A stretch of DNA of 64,000 nt from Balneolaceae bacterium (GCA_007693295.1 REDT01000264.1:146-64145); one strand, 5' to 3'; shown: positions 33,162-43,110, counted from the first letter of the stretch. The notes: generated from the sequence alone by a model not told the origin. Made by a program: numbers and translations.

Positions 33162-33175
33162 TGGAAGCGTTACCA
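33162..33175. promoter_or_regulatory. Putative LacI-family operator upstream of icmF
   Basis: TGGAAGCGTTACCA, near-palindrome with central CG, about 24 nt upstream of the icmF ATG. Confidence 0.55.
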
Positions 33176-33241
33176 AAAAGATAACGATTCTCAGAGAAAA
33201 ACTGTTATCTGAACGAGTTTTTATTGGTTTCTTTACAGGTT

Positions 33242-34114
33242 TTAAGCGTCTCCTTCCTTATGCGGTTGCAGGTAACTAACTGTTCTTTGAGGGAATGGAA
33301 TAACGATTCCTTCTTTGTCAAAACGCTTTTTTATGCTCTCTGTGGTGTCGCACTGAAGTACAAAAGCATCCGGAGCATCCTTTGCCCATGCCCAACCCCT
33401 GATCATAACGGATGAATCGAGCAGACTTAATACCCTGACCATTACTCTCGGCGCGCCATTCTCAATATCCTCTTCAGAGCGTGTATCAAGGCAAAGGGGA
33501 TGCTTTGCGATCTCATCGGCAATTATCGACTTGGCAAGATCTATATCAGAACCGTAACTGATACCCACCTCGATAAACCGGCAGATTTTGGTATCGCTGT
33601 AGTTTGAATTGATCAACACCTCGTTACTGATTACAGAATTGGGAATGATAATTCGTTGATTTTCAAAGTTCCTTATCACAGTATGCCGCAGGCTTATATC
33701 TTCTACAACACCTCGTAAATCTCCCCTCAACGAAATCCGGTCGTTGAGTACATAGGGTTTATATATCACAATAAATATACCACTGATTATATTTCCAAGG
33801 GCCTGCTGAGAGGCAAAACCAATAGCTATTGCCAGGATACCCGCACCGGCAACCAGTGACTGGGCAATGGGTTTTAAAAATTCAATGTGCCATATGGCGA
33901 AACTAAAACCGACCAGATAGATAATTGACGCAAGTGAATGCTCTATAAACTTATAGTTTGTCAGGTCACTTGCACTTATATCACTATTGCCATGGATAAA
34001 CTTCTTGTAGAGCTTTTTGGCAATTCTGTTGACAATAATTGTTAAAATAATGATCAGTATCACTTTAATTGCAGTGTGATACTGATAAAGCATTTCCAAA
34101 ATTGATTCAATCAT
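33242..34114 (-). CDS. Small-conductance mechanosensitive channel (MscS family)
   Basis: AGAGILAIAIGFASQQALGNIISG, GVVEDISLRHT, IIPNS, GIVIPFPQR. Confidence 0.93.
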   Translation of the reverse strand: MIESILEMLYQYHTAIKVILIIILTIIVNRIAKKLYKKFIHGNSDISASDLTNYKFIEHSLASIIYLVGFSFAIWHIEFLKPIAQSLVAGAGILAIAIGFASQQALGNIISGIFIVIYKPYVLNDRISLRGDLRGVVEDISLRHTVIRNFENQRIIIPNSVISNEVLINSNYSDTKICRFIEVGISYGSDIDLAKSIIADEIAKHPLCLDTRSEEDIENGAPRVMVRVLSLLDSSVMIRGWAWAKDAPDAFVLQCDTTESIKKRFDKEGIVIPFPQRTVSYLQPHKEGDA

Positions 34115-35816
34115 TAGTTTCTTCTTCTATTTCCGGATCATCAATTAAAGGTTCACCTTCTACTTCAACTATCTCAATTTTTGCGGGAAACTCGAGAGTC
34201 ACTTCAGAGGTAAAACCTTCCCGTACAGGTATAGATCTGCGTATTGCGTAAGGCTCCGGTTTAATAAACGGATCTACTGATCCCGCATCCCATCTGCCAT
34301 TACCATTTACATCTTCAAATACAATAGCCTTGTATTCAAGAGGCGGTAAATTGTCGATGGTAATAGATTCAGTAAAAGTTGTATCAACCAGGATACTGTT
34401 ATCCCTATCTGTGAGTTGAAGATACTTCGTTATTTCAGGATCTCCATTTTCAACGTCAATTTCTATACTTCCCAATTGGTTGCGCTGCCAAAAATCGGGG
34501 TTAATTCGTTCATGTTCCGATTCCCAAGGGTTCCAAACCCTGAATTCGTATCTGAGTCCGCTCTGCCAGACTTCATCTTGTGGTGAAATACGCAAGATAT
34601 GCCTGTCAATTTCTGCATTCTGCCAATCAGCAAACATCTGATCCCCCTCAAACACAAGCAGTGAATCGATAACTGCATTGTCATCGATAAACTTTGAATA
34701 TTTCACTTCCAACGGCTCATCCGGAAAGAGACCGCTTCCTGTATTGTGAGAAATGGTTCTAAGGCCGGTCGTGTCAGGTTCAGAAGAACCGGTAAAAGGT
34801 GAGAAATCAACGGTTAACCTGTTTCCTGCCGCATCAGAAAAACCTCTTGGTTCCAGCGTATAGATGAGTGTATCGGTAAGGGCATTGTCAGTCTGGGCAA
34901 ATAATACATTCGGGTCAGACTCCGACATATAAAGCGGCCAAGCTGTTGTCTGCTCGTTGCCCAGGGTGTCGGTAACCGAAAAGTTAGCTCCGTGGTCCCA
35001 TTTAACAGTTTCCGACATACGCAGCCGTAAACGTCTTTCCGACAAAAGCCCCACTCCTTCAATTCTGGGTGCAATTGTATCCGGTATTGTGTAAAAGAGT
35101 GTACCCAGTTCAGCGCGCTCTCCCCTGCCCAGTTCAAACGACTCAACACTAAAGGGTTGTGCTCTCTCTCTTTCAGGCTCCCAAATTCGGTTTCGGTTTA
35201 TATCATTCACCCAAATAGCTCTGTATGTTCCCTCACTAAGGTAACCGAATTCAACCGTACCTGAAGTGTCTGTCTGTGCCACATAGTTTGCTCTTTCGGA
35301 AAAATCGAAGGGTTCACGGTACAGGAATATGCGCTTGCCGCTTTCAGGTCTGCCTGTTTTCGCATCCAGTAACCTGGCAGTAACCTCTCCGTCGTCAAGA
35401 ACATCACCTGTTGATAATGCTAAATCGTAAGAGCTGGTCATCTTATTTCTGTTTGTATCCCTTACATCAACCCCAACCTTAATCACAACGGTTGTATTTT
35501 CAGGAAGCGGCCTGGAAAATTCCACGGTAGCCGTTCTTCGTCGAAATCCGGTTTCAAACTCAATTCCAAGATCCGGTTCTATACTTACATTCTGCCTGAA
35601 TGAATTTCGGTCAATAAATTCATTGAATGTAAACCGAACTTCACGTCCGTCAAAGTTGGTTGTCCCGCTGGCTGGATAGGTCTCAACCACCCATGGCCCT
35701 TCCGTGTCGGGAGGACCGCCTGAAGGTGCTATCGGTGTTGCGCAACTCATTGCAAATAGGGTAACCATGGCAACAAGCAGCAAGAATTTTTCTGATAAAC
35801 GAAAGTACATGTGCAA
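34107..35816 (-). CDS. Ig-like (Big_5) domain lipoprotein
   Basis: Lipobox AMSC then ATPIAPSGGPPDTEGP, a conserved FCB-group N-terminus; repeated D-x-N-x-N-x-x-W motifs. Confidence 0.75.
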   Translation of the reverse strand: MHMYFRLSEKFLLLVAMVTLFAMSCATPIAPSGGPPDTEGPWVVETYPASGTTNFDGREVRFTFNEFIDRNSFRQNVSIEPDLGIEFETGFRRRTATVEFSRPLPENTTVVIKVGVDVRDTNRNKMTSSYDLALSTGDVLDDGEVTARLLDAKTGRPESGKRIFLYREPFDFSERANYVAQTDTSGTVEFGYLSEGTYRAIWVNDINRNRIWEPERERAQPFSVESFELGRGERAELGTLFYTIPDTIAPRIEGVGLLSERRLRLRMSETVKWDHGANFSVTDTLGNEQTTAWPLYMSESDPNVLFAQTDNALTDTLIYTLEPRGFSDAAGNRLTVDFSPFTGSSEPDTTGLRTISHNTGSGLFPDEPLEVKYSKFIDDNAVIDSLLVFEGDQMFADWQNAEIDRHILRISPQDEVWQSGLRYEFRVWNPWESEHERINPDFWQRNQLGSIEIDVENGDPEITKYLQLTDRDNSILVDTTFTESITIDNLPPLEYKAIVFEDVNGNGRWDAGSVDPFIKPEPYAIRRSIPVREGFTSEVTLEFPAKIEIVEVEGEPLIDDPEIEEETND

Positions 35817-35833
35817 TTTTAAATAAATGATCT

Positions 35834-35841
35834 CAAATATA
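35834..35841 (-). promoter_or_regulatory. Bacteroidota-type -7 promoter element
   Basis: TATATTTG on the minus strand 17 nt upstream of the Big_5 gene. Confidence 0.5.
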
Positions 35842-36014
35842 GAGAAATTTCAGTCGCTTCTTTAACGTCCTTTTTTGAAAATAGTACCTCTTTTCACTTT
35901 CATTAAGTTTATATTTTTACCTGGCAATGAATTACTGATGTCTGTGTGAATCAAATTTTATCGATAGCACAGCCTTTGTTATTTTAAACATATTAAACAG
36001 ACCCTGATTTATTA

Positions 36015-37421
36015 ATGTATATAGACAACCCGGCCTCTTACACCGACTACTACGAATTAACCATGGCGCAGGGTTATTTCCTGTCGGGAAGGCATAAGAA
36101 AACGGCAACATTCGACTACTTTTTCAGAAGAATTCCATTTAATGGAGGGTATGTAGTTTATGCCGGCATTCAAGAGCTAATCGAAACCGTTAAACACCTA
36201 ACGTTCAGTGAGTCAGAAACTGATTATTTAAAAAAAGAGGGTTTCGACAAAAGGTTTATAGAGTATCTGGAGTCGTTTCAGTTTAAAGGGAATATCTATT
36301 CGGCACGCGAAGGTGAGATTATTTTTCCAAATGAACCCATTCTTCGGGTTGAAGGAGATCTGCTTGAGACTCAGCTCATTGAAACACTGCTGCTCAATAT
36401 TTTAAACTTTCAATCGCTTATTGCCACAAAAGCCTCTCGAATTAAAGTAGCTGCCGGGGAAAATTCCGTAGTTTTAGACTTTGGCTTAAGGCGCTCTCAG
36501 GGGCTGGGCGGAATCCATGCTACAAGGGCTGCCATGATTGGCGGATTTGACGGCACATCCAATGTCTACTCTGCTCAACGGTTTTCAATTCCCGCCGGAG
36601 GTACAATGGCGCACTCGTGGGTTCAGTCTTTTGAGAATGAACTTACCGCATTCAGAACATACGCAGAACATTATCCGGATAATACAATCTTGTTGGTTGA
36701 TACGTATGATACGCTGGGAAGCGGCCTGCCTAATGCCATTACCGTGGCTAAAGAACTTAAAGATAAAGGCCATCAGTTAAGTGCTATTCGGCTCGACAGC
36801 GGCGATCTGGCCTACTTTTCGCGAAAATCAAGGACAATTCTTGACGACGCCGGTTTTCCAAATGTTAAAATAGCGGCTTCCAATCAGCTCGATGAGCGTG
36901 TTATTACAAGTTTAAAAACTCAGGATGCCCCTATTGATATCTATGGTGTGGGTACCAGGCTCGTTACCGGCCATAACTCATCTGCTCTGGATGGCGTGTA
37001 TAAGCTCAGTTCTGTGGCCAATAAACCGAAAATGAAGATTTCAGAAAATATTGAAAAGATAACCCTCCCCGGCAAAAAGAAGATCTATCGCTATTTTAAC
37101 AACGACGGCACGTTTTATGGAGATGCCATACTTCTTGAAAATGAAAAATTACTCGAACGCATGCATAACCCGACCTTTCCGGCTCAAAAAAGCGATCTCA
37201 ATAGCCGCGAGTTTGAATCGTTGTTGATTCCTGTAGTATTGAATGGCGAGATATCAGAACCCCTGCAGTCTGTTAAAGAGATCGCTCAATTCAGTAAATC
37301 AAGGCTTAAAAGACTCCAGCGCGAGTATAAACGCCTCGACAATCCACATATTTACAAAGTGGGTATCAGTACTAAATTAATGGAAAGCAGAGACGTTTTA
37401 ATGAAATTAATAAAACCATAG
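36015..37421 (+). CDS. pncB: Nicotinate phosphoribosyltransferase
   Basis: TDYYELTM, DFGLRR, GTMAHSW, LVDTYD, IRLDSGD, GVGTRL. Confidence 0.96.
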   Translation: MYIDNPASYTDYYELTMAQGYFLSGRHKKTATFDYFFRRIPFNGGYVVYAGIQELIETVKHLTFSESETDYLKKEGFDKRFIEYLESFQFKGNIYSAREGEIIFPNEPILRVEGDLLETQLIETLLLNILNFQSLIATKASRIKVAAGENSVVLDFGLRRSQGLGGIHATRAAMIGGFDGTSNVYSAQRFSIPAGGTMAHSWVQSFENELTAFRTYAEHYPDNTILLVDTYDTLGSGLPNAITVAKELKDKGHQLSAIRLDSGDLAYFSRKSRTILDDAGFPNVKIAASNQLDERVITSLKTQDAPIDIYGVGTRLVTGHNSSALDGVYKLSSVANKPKMKISENIEKITLPGKKKIYRYFNNDGTFYGDAILLENEKLLERMHNPTFPAQKSDLNSREFESLLIPVVLNGEISEPLQSVKEIAQFSKSRLKRLQREYKRLDNPHIYKVGISTKLMESRDVLMKLIKP

Positions 37422-37432
37422 ATTACATAACC

Positions 37433-38047
37433 ATGAAAGCACTTTTAGTAGTAGATATTCAAAATGATTTCTGTCCCGGAGGAGCATTAGCCGTGCCCGA
37501 TGGCGATACCATTGTTCCCGTAGTGAATCGACTGATTAATCATTTCGACACGGTTATACAAACTCAGGACTGGCATCCAGCTGGGCATCACTCTTTTGCT
37601 TCATCTTATGGTGATAAAAATCCTTTTGATACGGTTGAACTTGAATACGGATCGCAGGTACTCTGGCCCGATCACTGCGTGCAAGGCACAAAGGGTGCAG
37701 AGTTTCATCCTGAGTTAAATACCCTGAAAAGCCAGGTAATTATTCGAAAGGGGTTTCGAAAAGGGATCGACTCCTACTCTACCTTTTTTGAGAACGATCA
37801 AAAAACGCCTACAGGCCTGAGCGGATATTTGAAAGAACGCCACATCAGTGACCTGTATACCGTAGGCCTGGCTACCGATTTTTGTGTGAAATGGTCTGTA
37901 CTGGATGGTATTGGTGAAGGTTTTACCATGCACATAATTGAAGATGCCGTTAAAGGCATCGACCTTGACGGTTCCCTCGATCAGGCCTGGATTGATATGA
38001 AGAAAAAAGGAGTAAACGTAATCCAATCCGGTGAAATCCTATCGTAA
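37433..38047 (+). CDS. pncA: Nicotinamidase/pyrazinamidase
   Basis: VDIQNDFCPGGAL, QDWHP, WPDHCVQ, GLATDFCV. Confidence 0.96.
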   Translation: MKALLVVDIQNDFCPGGALAVPDGDTIVPVVNRLINHFDTVIQTQDWHPAGHHSFASSYGDKNPFDTVELEYGSQVLWPDHCVQGTKGAEFHPELNTLKSQVIIRKGFRKGIDSYSTFFENDQKTPTGLSGYLKERHISDLYTVGLATDFCVKWSVLDGIGEGFTMHIIEDAVKGIDLDGSLDQAWIDMKKKGVNVIQSGEILS

Positions 38048-39144
38048 GAGAAACCACGGAGTTTGATGCGATTATTATCGGAGCCGGCATAGCCGGCCTC
38101 TCCGCCGCAGATGCACTCATCCAAAAAGGATTCAAATGTGCCATAATTGACCGGGAAAATCCCGGGTCGGGCGCTTCCGGGGCACCATCTATGCTGGTTA
38201 ATCCCGCAACCGGTCGCAGAGCAAAAATGAGCTGGCATGCAGAGGAAGCCCTGCACTCCGTTTCTGATCTCTTGCAAAGGGTTAAGGGATTTAGCGGAGA
38301 ATCATTTTATGAGAACAATGGTGTAGTACGCCCTGCTCTATATCCTGAAATCGGTTTTGATTTTAAACGCGCACCGGAAAAATACAACTGGCCTGAAGGA
38401 TGGATACAGTGGCTGGAACAGGAGGAGTTTACGAGCCGTTTTCCGTTTTTTGAAAATGCACATGGAGGGCTCATTATTGGCAAGGGAGCTACAGTAAAAG
38501 GCAGCCGATACATAAAGCTTCTTTCCCAATACTTAGAGGCCAATGGGTTGATAACCATTTACAATTCAAAAGCTGAATACTCTCAAACTGATTCTGGCTG
38601 GAAAATTATACTATCATCGGGAGAAACAGCGCAATCAGAATCAATTATCTGCGCAACCGGGAGTTCTCTGTTGAAGGATCCAAACTGGGATTTTCTGCCC
38701 ATGAACAGTATTAAAGGACAAACAGCTACTTTCCGATTTAATGAAAATGTACCGCTGAATAGTTCAGTTTCCAGTTTGGGGTATCTTGCATATACAAGCA
38801 GTTCACCTGATGAACTTGTTGTGGGAAGCACTTATGAGCATAATTTTGAAGATTTAGAACCCAATGAAAAAGGGTTGAACTATCTGAAGGATAAACTAAA
38901 CAGCAGCCTGCCGGGCTGGTCGGAAAAGATCATTGAGTCTGATCAGTGGGCGGGAGTCAGAGTCAGTTCTAAAGACAATATGCCGATCATTGGGAATCAT
39001 CCACATTTAAAAGGACTTTACGTCTTTGGTGCCCTTGGGTCGAAAGGTATGATACACGGCCGATATGTGGCACAGAAAATTGCAGATTATATTGCAGATG
39101 GCAAGCCCATAAACTCCGCTATTTCGATTAACCGATTTGTTTGA
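38041..39144 (+). CDS. FAD-dependent oxidoreductase (DAO/MnmC C-terminal-like); N-terminus extends upstream of the ATG at 38191
   Basis: In-frame FDAIIIGAGIAGL Rossmann motif upstream of 38191; IKGQ, VGSTYE, WAGVR, ALGSKG. Confidence 0.85.
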   Translation: MVRETTEFDAIIIGAGIAGLSAADALIQKGFKCAIIDRENPGSGASGAPSMLVNPATGRRAKMSWHAEEALHSVSDLLQRVKGFSGESFYENNGVVRPALYPEIGFDFKRAPEKYNWPEGWIQWLEQEEFTSRFPFFENAHGGLIIGKGATVKGSRYIKLLSQYLEANGLITIYNSKAEYSQTDSGWKIILSSGETAQSESIICATGSSLLKDPNWDFLPMNSIKGQTATFRFNENVPLNSSVSSLGYLAYTSSSPDELVVGSTYEHNFEDLEPNEKGLNYLKDKLNSSLPGWSEKIIESDQWAGVRVSSKDNMPIIGNHPHLKGLYVFGALGSKGMIHGRYVAQKIADYIADGKPINSAISINRFV

Positions 39145-39376
39145 ACCGAGGCTTGGTTTTAAAACAAGATGATTTATTTGAACAGATATGGTCCAACGAA
39201 ACCTGTAGAGATGAGATGGTTTTTCGAAAACCGGAAACATCAAATTCACAAAAAAGAGCTGTGCCTGAAGCACTCTAAGTAGCGCAACGGAACATCGCTG
39301 ATTTAATATCCTAAGTTTGATTGATATGCATTGAATGTAGCCCATTAAACCGCTATCTTCACGCCTTACTTTTAAT

Positions 39377-39464
39377 GGAGAGGTGCCAGAGTGGTCGAAT
39401 GGGCTCGCCTGGAAAGCGTGTGTACCCCACAAGGGTACCGAGGGTTCGAATCCCTCCCTCTCCG
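39377..39464 (+). tRNA. tRNA-Ser(GGA)
   Basis: GGAGAGG/CCTCTCC acceptor, anticodon loop CTGGAAA, long variable arm GTACCC-CACAA-GGGTAC, GGTTCGAATCC; CCA not encoded. Confidence 0.95.
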
Positions 39465-39481
39465 CAATTACCAATTCTTTT

Positions 39482-39513
39482 AGCCCCTTACAGAGATGTA
39501 TGGGGCTTTTTTT
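39482..39513 (+). terminator. Intrinsic terminator after tRNA-Ser
   Basis: AGCCCC-TTACA-GAGA-TGTA-TGGGGCT followed by a T run. Confidence 0.8.
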
Positions 39514-39608
39514 ACGTCAGGGCTCACTTCCGTAGGGTTACAGATCTTTAAGTGTCAAGTGCAATTCAAGATCCAAGTGCAAAAAAAAATCTGAGAGTGA
39601 TGAGAGTG

Positions 39609-39795
39609 AAATCGCCTCTCGAAGGGGCTCAATTGTTGAATGCGTACCAAGCGATCCCATTCCAGAGCGTTCAGGACAGGAGAGCAGGGGGATAGCCCTC
39701 AGAGCGTTGATTTGACTCAAAATATTATTAGTCAACTTCGAATTCACTTCCTTTCATCCCCCATTGCCCTCCGTCGGCTGACGGAGGGACACTCC
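39609..39795. repeat. Family A bipartite palindromic element
   Basis: Left arm CGCCTCTCGAAGGGG...AGGGGGATA; right arm CATCCCCCATTGCCCTCCGTCGGCTGACGGAGGGACACT. Confidence 0.7.
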
Positions 39796-39826
39796 TTAAT
39801 TATCTCAAATTTTGAACTCTCAATAA

Positions 39827-40504
39827 TTAGTAATTAAACCTTTGCCGGGTGAAGGCTTTTACCACTTCTCCATCCTGGCGAGCCGGCCGGAAGCGCCACT
39901 GCATCGCAGCTTTTAGCACGGCATCCATCAACCCATATTGTACAAATGGCAACACCTCATACCCTCCATTGGTGTTATAAAGCCTGATCTCCATAATACT
40001 CACCTCTTCTACGGCACCTTCTCTGTCCACCAGGAAGTTTACAATCATCTCCAATCGGCCTTTATATTCATCCGGCACCTGGTCGGGTGCGGTGGCCTCA
40101 ACAATTCTTACAACTGTTGGAGGTATCTGAGGATTACTAACAATACGCTCTTCATCCCCTATTTGAGCGGTTCCAAAGCCGGGATCAACATCCGGCAGAT
40201 CGGGTATATCAAGATCCATATCAAATTCAAGCTCAACTTCCACAATCTCATCATCCGGAACAGGATTTGGCATCATTGGACGCGGCGGCGGCGGCGGGGA
40301 GGTCTCCTGTCGGGTAATTTCAATATCATCCAGGAAAACCTGTTCTCTTTCAGGTATCTCAAAATCCAGCTCTGCACTATACTTTATTTCGGGCCAGAAA
40401 TGGATAAAAATCAGCAGAACAACCTGAGTAATTATCACAGAAAGCATATACCGGTGTCTATAGCCAGGTTCTGAAAGTTTATGATTTTTGCTTGAGTTTG
40501 CCAA
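39827..40504 (-). CDS. Energy transducer TonB family protein
   Basis: N-terminal TM, PPPPP linker, TonB_C-like VNFLVDREGAVEEV...AAMQWRFRPARQDGEVV. Confidence 0.8.
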   Translation of the reverse strand: MANSSKNHKLSEPGYRHRYMLSVIITQVVLLIFIHFWPEIKYSAELDFEIPEREQVFLDDIEITRQETSPPPPPRPMMPNPVPDDEIVEVELEFDMDLDIPDLPDVDPGFGTAQIGDEERIVSNPQIPPTVVRIVEATAPDQVPDEYKGRLEMIVNFLVDREGAVEEVSIMEIRLYNTNGGYEVLPFVQYGLMDAVLKAAMQWRFRPARQDGEVVKAFTRQRFNY

Positions 40505-40683
40505 GTGATCTGTAGCCGTAAAGTTTTGAAGAATTAATATTAGTGTTAAACGAGAAGTAAAGATCCCGAAGTATTTTTACAACCAAGTGAAATGAATGGA
40601 TACTGTCTGTAGCGTTTTATTCAGTAATGTAACTGATTAACAACCGAAAAGATTATATCGGTTCCCAAACTTTTAACTAACAG

Positions 40684-41607
40684 TTAATTAAAATCAAGAA
40701 GTGCTTTTCGAATAAATCCATCATGTTTTTGAAGTGCATTTTGGGCTTCATCTTTATCTACATTGGTCAGAGCCATCATCAGGGCTGTTTTAACGTGATT
40801 ATCAGCTGCATCAAGCCAGGCGGAAGATTCATCGTACGAACACTTTGCCAGCATCATTACAATTCGTTTTGCCCTCTCCTCTAGCTTCTTGTTGGTTAAC
40901 TGAAGGTCTACCATAACGTTTTGATACACTTTACCGAGTCGTATCATGGCTCCGGTAGTAAGCATATTCAGTACCATTTTCTGTGCGGTTGCACTTTTCA
41001 TTCTTGTGCTTCCCATAATCACTTCAGGTCCAACCGGGATATCGATCATAAAATCGGCTTTTAACTCTACCTGCTCTTTGGATACTGTGGTAACAAAAAC
41101 AGTGATACAACCTATCTTTCTCGCTTTTTTAATCACGCCGTGAACATAAGGGGTGCGTCCGCTTGCTGCCAAACCAACTATGACGTCATTTTTAGTAACA
41201 TCCAAGCGTTTTACTTCATCTTCACCATACTGTTCACGGTCTTCAGCACCTTCCTGGGCAACAAACATTGCTTTATCACCACCGGCAATAAATCCTTGAA
41301 CGGTTTCAGGATCCGTTCCAAATGTGGGCGGGCACTCTGCCGCATCCAATACACCGAGTCGTCCACTGGTACCTGCACCAAAATAGAGAAGCCTGCCTCC
41401 TGTCTTCAGCTTCTCAACAATAGCGTCAATTGCCCCGGCAATCACATCAAGACGGGTTTCAACAGATTCGGCTACTTTTTTATCCTCATTATTAATAATG
41501 GAGACTATTGTTTTTGAATCAGCCAGATCTATTTCGCTGCTGTTCGTATTTCTCTGTTCTGTAAGCAGCTTCTGTAACTGATTAAATAGCTTTTGATTGG
41601 GTTCCAC
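40684..41607 (-). CDS. murQ: N-acetylmuramic acid 6-phosphate etherase
   Basis: TEQRN, GAGTSGRLGVLDAAECPPTFG, AASGRTPY, GSTRMK. Confidence 0.96.
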   Translation of the reverse strand: MEPNQKLFNQLQKLLTEQRNTNSSEIDLADSKTIVSIINNEDKKVAESVETRLDVIAGAIDAIVEKLKTGGRLLYFGAGTSGRLGVLDAAECPPTFGTDPETVQGFIAGGDKAMFVAQEGAEDREQYGEDEVKRLDVTKNDVIVGLAASGRTPYVHGVIKKARKIGCITVFVTTVSKEQVELKADFMIDIPVGPEVIMGSTRMKSATAQKMVLNMLTTGAMIRLGKVYQNVMVDLQLTNKKLEERAKRIVMMLAKCSYDESSAWLDAADNHVKTALMMALTNVDKDEAQNALQKHDGFIRKALLDFN

Positions 41608-41613
41608 GAAAAT

Positions 41614-43101
41614 TTATCGTCTGTTTTTCCACCAGTTGGCGGTCTGTTGTGCCTGTACAGGCCGGGTGTTATTAGCTGTGTGATTCATTTTTGCTCTGAG
41701 AAGTGAAGATACAACAGTAATATTTTCCAAATGATCTTTTTCGAATTGAACCGATGCATTGAAGTGATCTTTTATAAAGTGCGTATCGTATTTACCTGAT
41801 CTGAAAGCGTTGTGATTCAGGGCAAAATCACAAAAAGGAATAGTGGTTCTCACACCGGAAATTTCATACTCTGAAAGCGCGCGAAGCATCTTATCAATGG
41901 CACCCATGCGATCCGGTGCATAGGTACATAGCTTGGAGATCATTGGATCGTAGTTAATGGTTATCTCCTGCCCTTCTTCAACGCCTGCATCAACCCTGAT
42001 GCCCGGCCCGGCGGGTATTCTGTGCTTTTGGAGCTTGCCGGTACTTGGCAAGAAATTGTTCTGAGGGTCTTCCGCATATATCCGGCACTCTATGGCATGC
42101 CCTTTAAACTTTATATCATCTTGTGTAAAAGGAAGCTGTTTGCCTTCTGCTATATCTATTTGAAGTGAAACAAGATCAAGACCGGTAATTAATTCTGTAA
42201 CCGGATGCTCTACCTGAAGCCGGGTGTTCATCTCCAGAAAAAAGTAGTTCATGTGCTTGTCGAGAAGGAACTCGATGGTGCCGGCACCAACGTAGTTGCA
42301 TGCTTTTGCCGCCTCCACAGCATCTTTTCCCATAGCTGCTCGCAGCTCTTCAGTTAAAACTGAGGAGGGGGCCTCTTCAATTACCTTTTGATGACGCCTC
42401 TGAATTGAGCACTCCCTTTCATAAAGGTGTACGACATTACCGTGGGTATCTGCCAATATTTGAAATTCTATATGCCGCGGCTCTTCAAGGTATTTCTCAA
42501 CATAAACCCTGTCATCACCAAAAGCATTTTTAGCTTCCGACTTAGCTGCTTTCACACTCTTCACAAAGTCAGCTGCATTATCAACAATTCGCATACCCTT
42601 ACCCCCGCCCCCTGCTGCAGCTTTTATTAAGACAGGATATCCTATCTTAAGTGCAACTTTCTTGGCCTCATCAATATCATTCATTGCTGATTCCGTACCC
42701 GGCGGAAATGGCACGTTCGCGTTAGCCATAAGTTCTCTTGCCTTCGTCTTATCACCCATCACTTCAATGGCGTGTGGATTTGGGCCAATAAATATAATTC
42801 CGTTATCGACGCACTCTTTGGCGAAAGAAGAATTTTCACTTAAAAATCCATAGCCGGGATGAATGGCGTCTGCATTTGTCTCTTTAGCGGCATCAATGAT
42901 CTTTTTTGTAACAAGATAACTGTCGGATGATGCAGCTTCGCCAATAAACACCGATTCATCAGCAGCCAGTACATGGGGCGAAACCGAGTCTGGTCTGGAG
43001 TAAACCGCAACGGTTTTTATGTTTTTTTCACGGCAGGTTCTGATTATTCGCAATGCAATTTCACCACGATTGGCAACGAGAACTTTTTTTATTGATATCA
43101 T
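41614..43101 (-). CDS. accC: Acyl-CoA carboxylase biotin carboxylase subunit
   Basis: ANRGEIA, HPGYGFLSEN, GGGGKGMR, EMNTRLQVEH, YDPMISKL; no biotinyl domain. Confidence 0.92.
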   Translation of the reverse strand: MISIKKVLVANRGEIALRIIRTCREKNIKTVAVYSRPDSVSPHVLAADESVFIGEAASSDSYLVTKKIIDAAKETNADAIHPGYGFLSENSSFAKECVDNGIIFIGPNPHAIEVMGDKTKARELMANANVPFPPGTESAMNDIDEAKKVALKIGYPVLIKAAAGGGGKGMRIVDNAADFVKSVKAAKSEAKNAFGDDRVYVEKYLEEPRHIEFQILADTHGNVVHLYERECSIQRRHQKVIEEAPSSVLTEELRAAMGKDAVEAAKACNYVGAGTIEFLLDKHMNYFFLEMNTRLQVEHPVTELITGLDLVSLQIDIAEGKQLPFTQDDIKFKGHAIECRIYAEDPQNNFLPSTGKLQKHRIPAGPGIRVDAGVEEGQEITINYDPMISKLCTYAPDRMGAIDKMLRALSEYEISGVRTTIPFCDFALNHNAFRSGKYDTHFIKDHFNASVQFEKDHLENITVVSSLLRAKMNHTANNTRPVQAQQTANWWKNRR

Positions 43102-43110
43102 TATGATCGT

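Noticed and set aside
33139..33241. Cobalamin riboswitch upstream of B12-dependent icmF
   Set aside because: Only about 100 nt intergenic and no B12-box or conserved core visible
35817..36014. NrtR/NadR operator or NAD riboswitch upstream of pncB-pncA
   Set aside because: Only a loose CTGTG...CACAG inversion; no convincing palindrome or aptamer by eye
39007..39551. ORFs 39007-39474 (-) and 39321-39551 (+)
   Set aside because: Shadow translations of tRNA-Ser (AEREGFEPS is the typical antisense-tRNA peptide)
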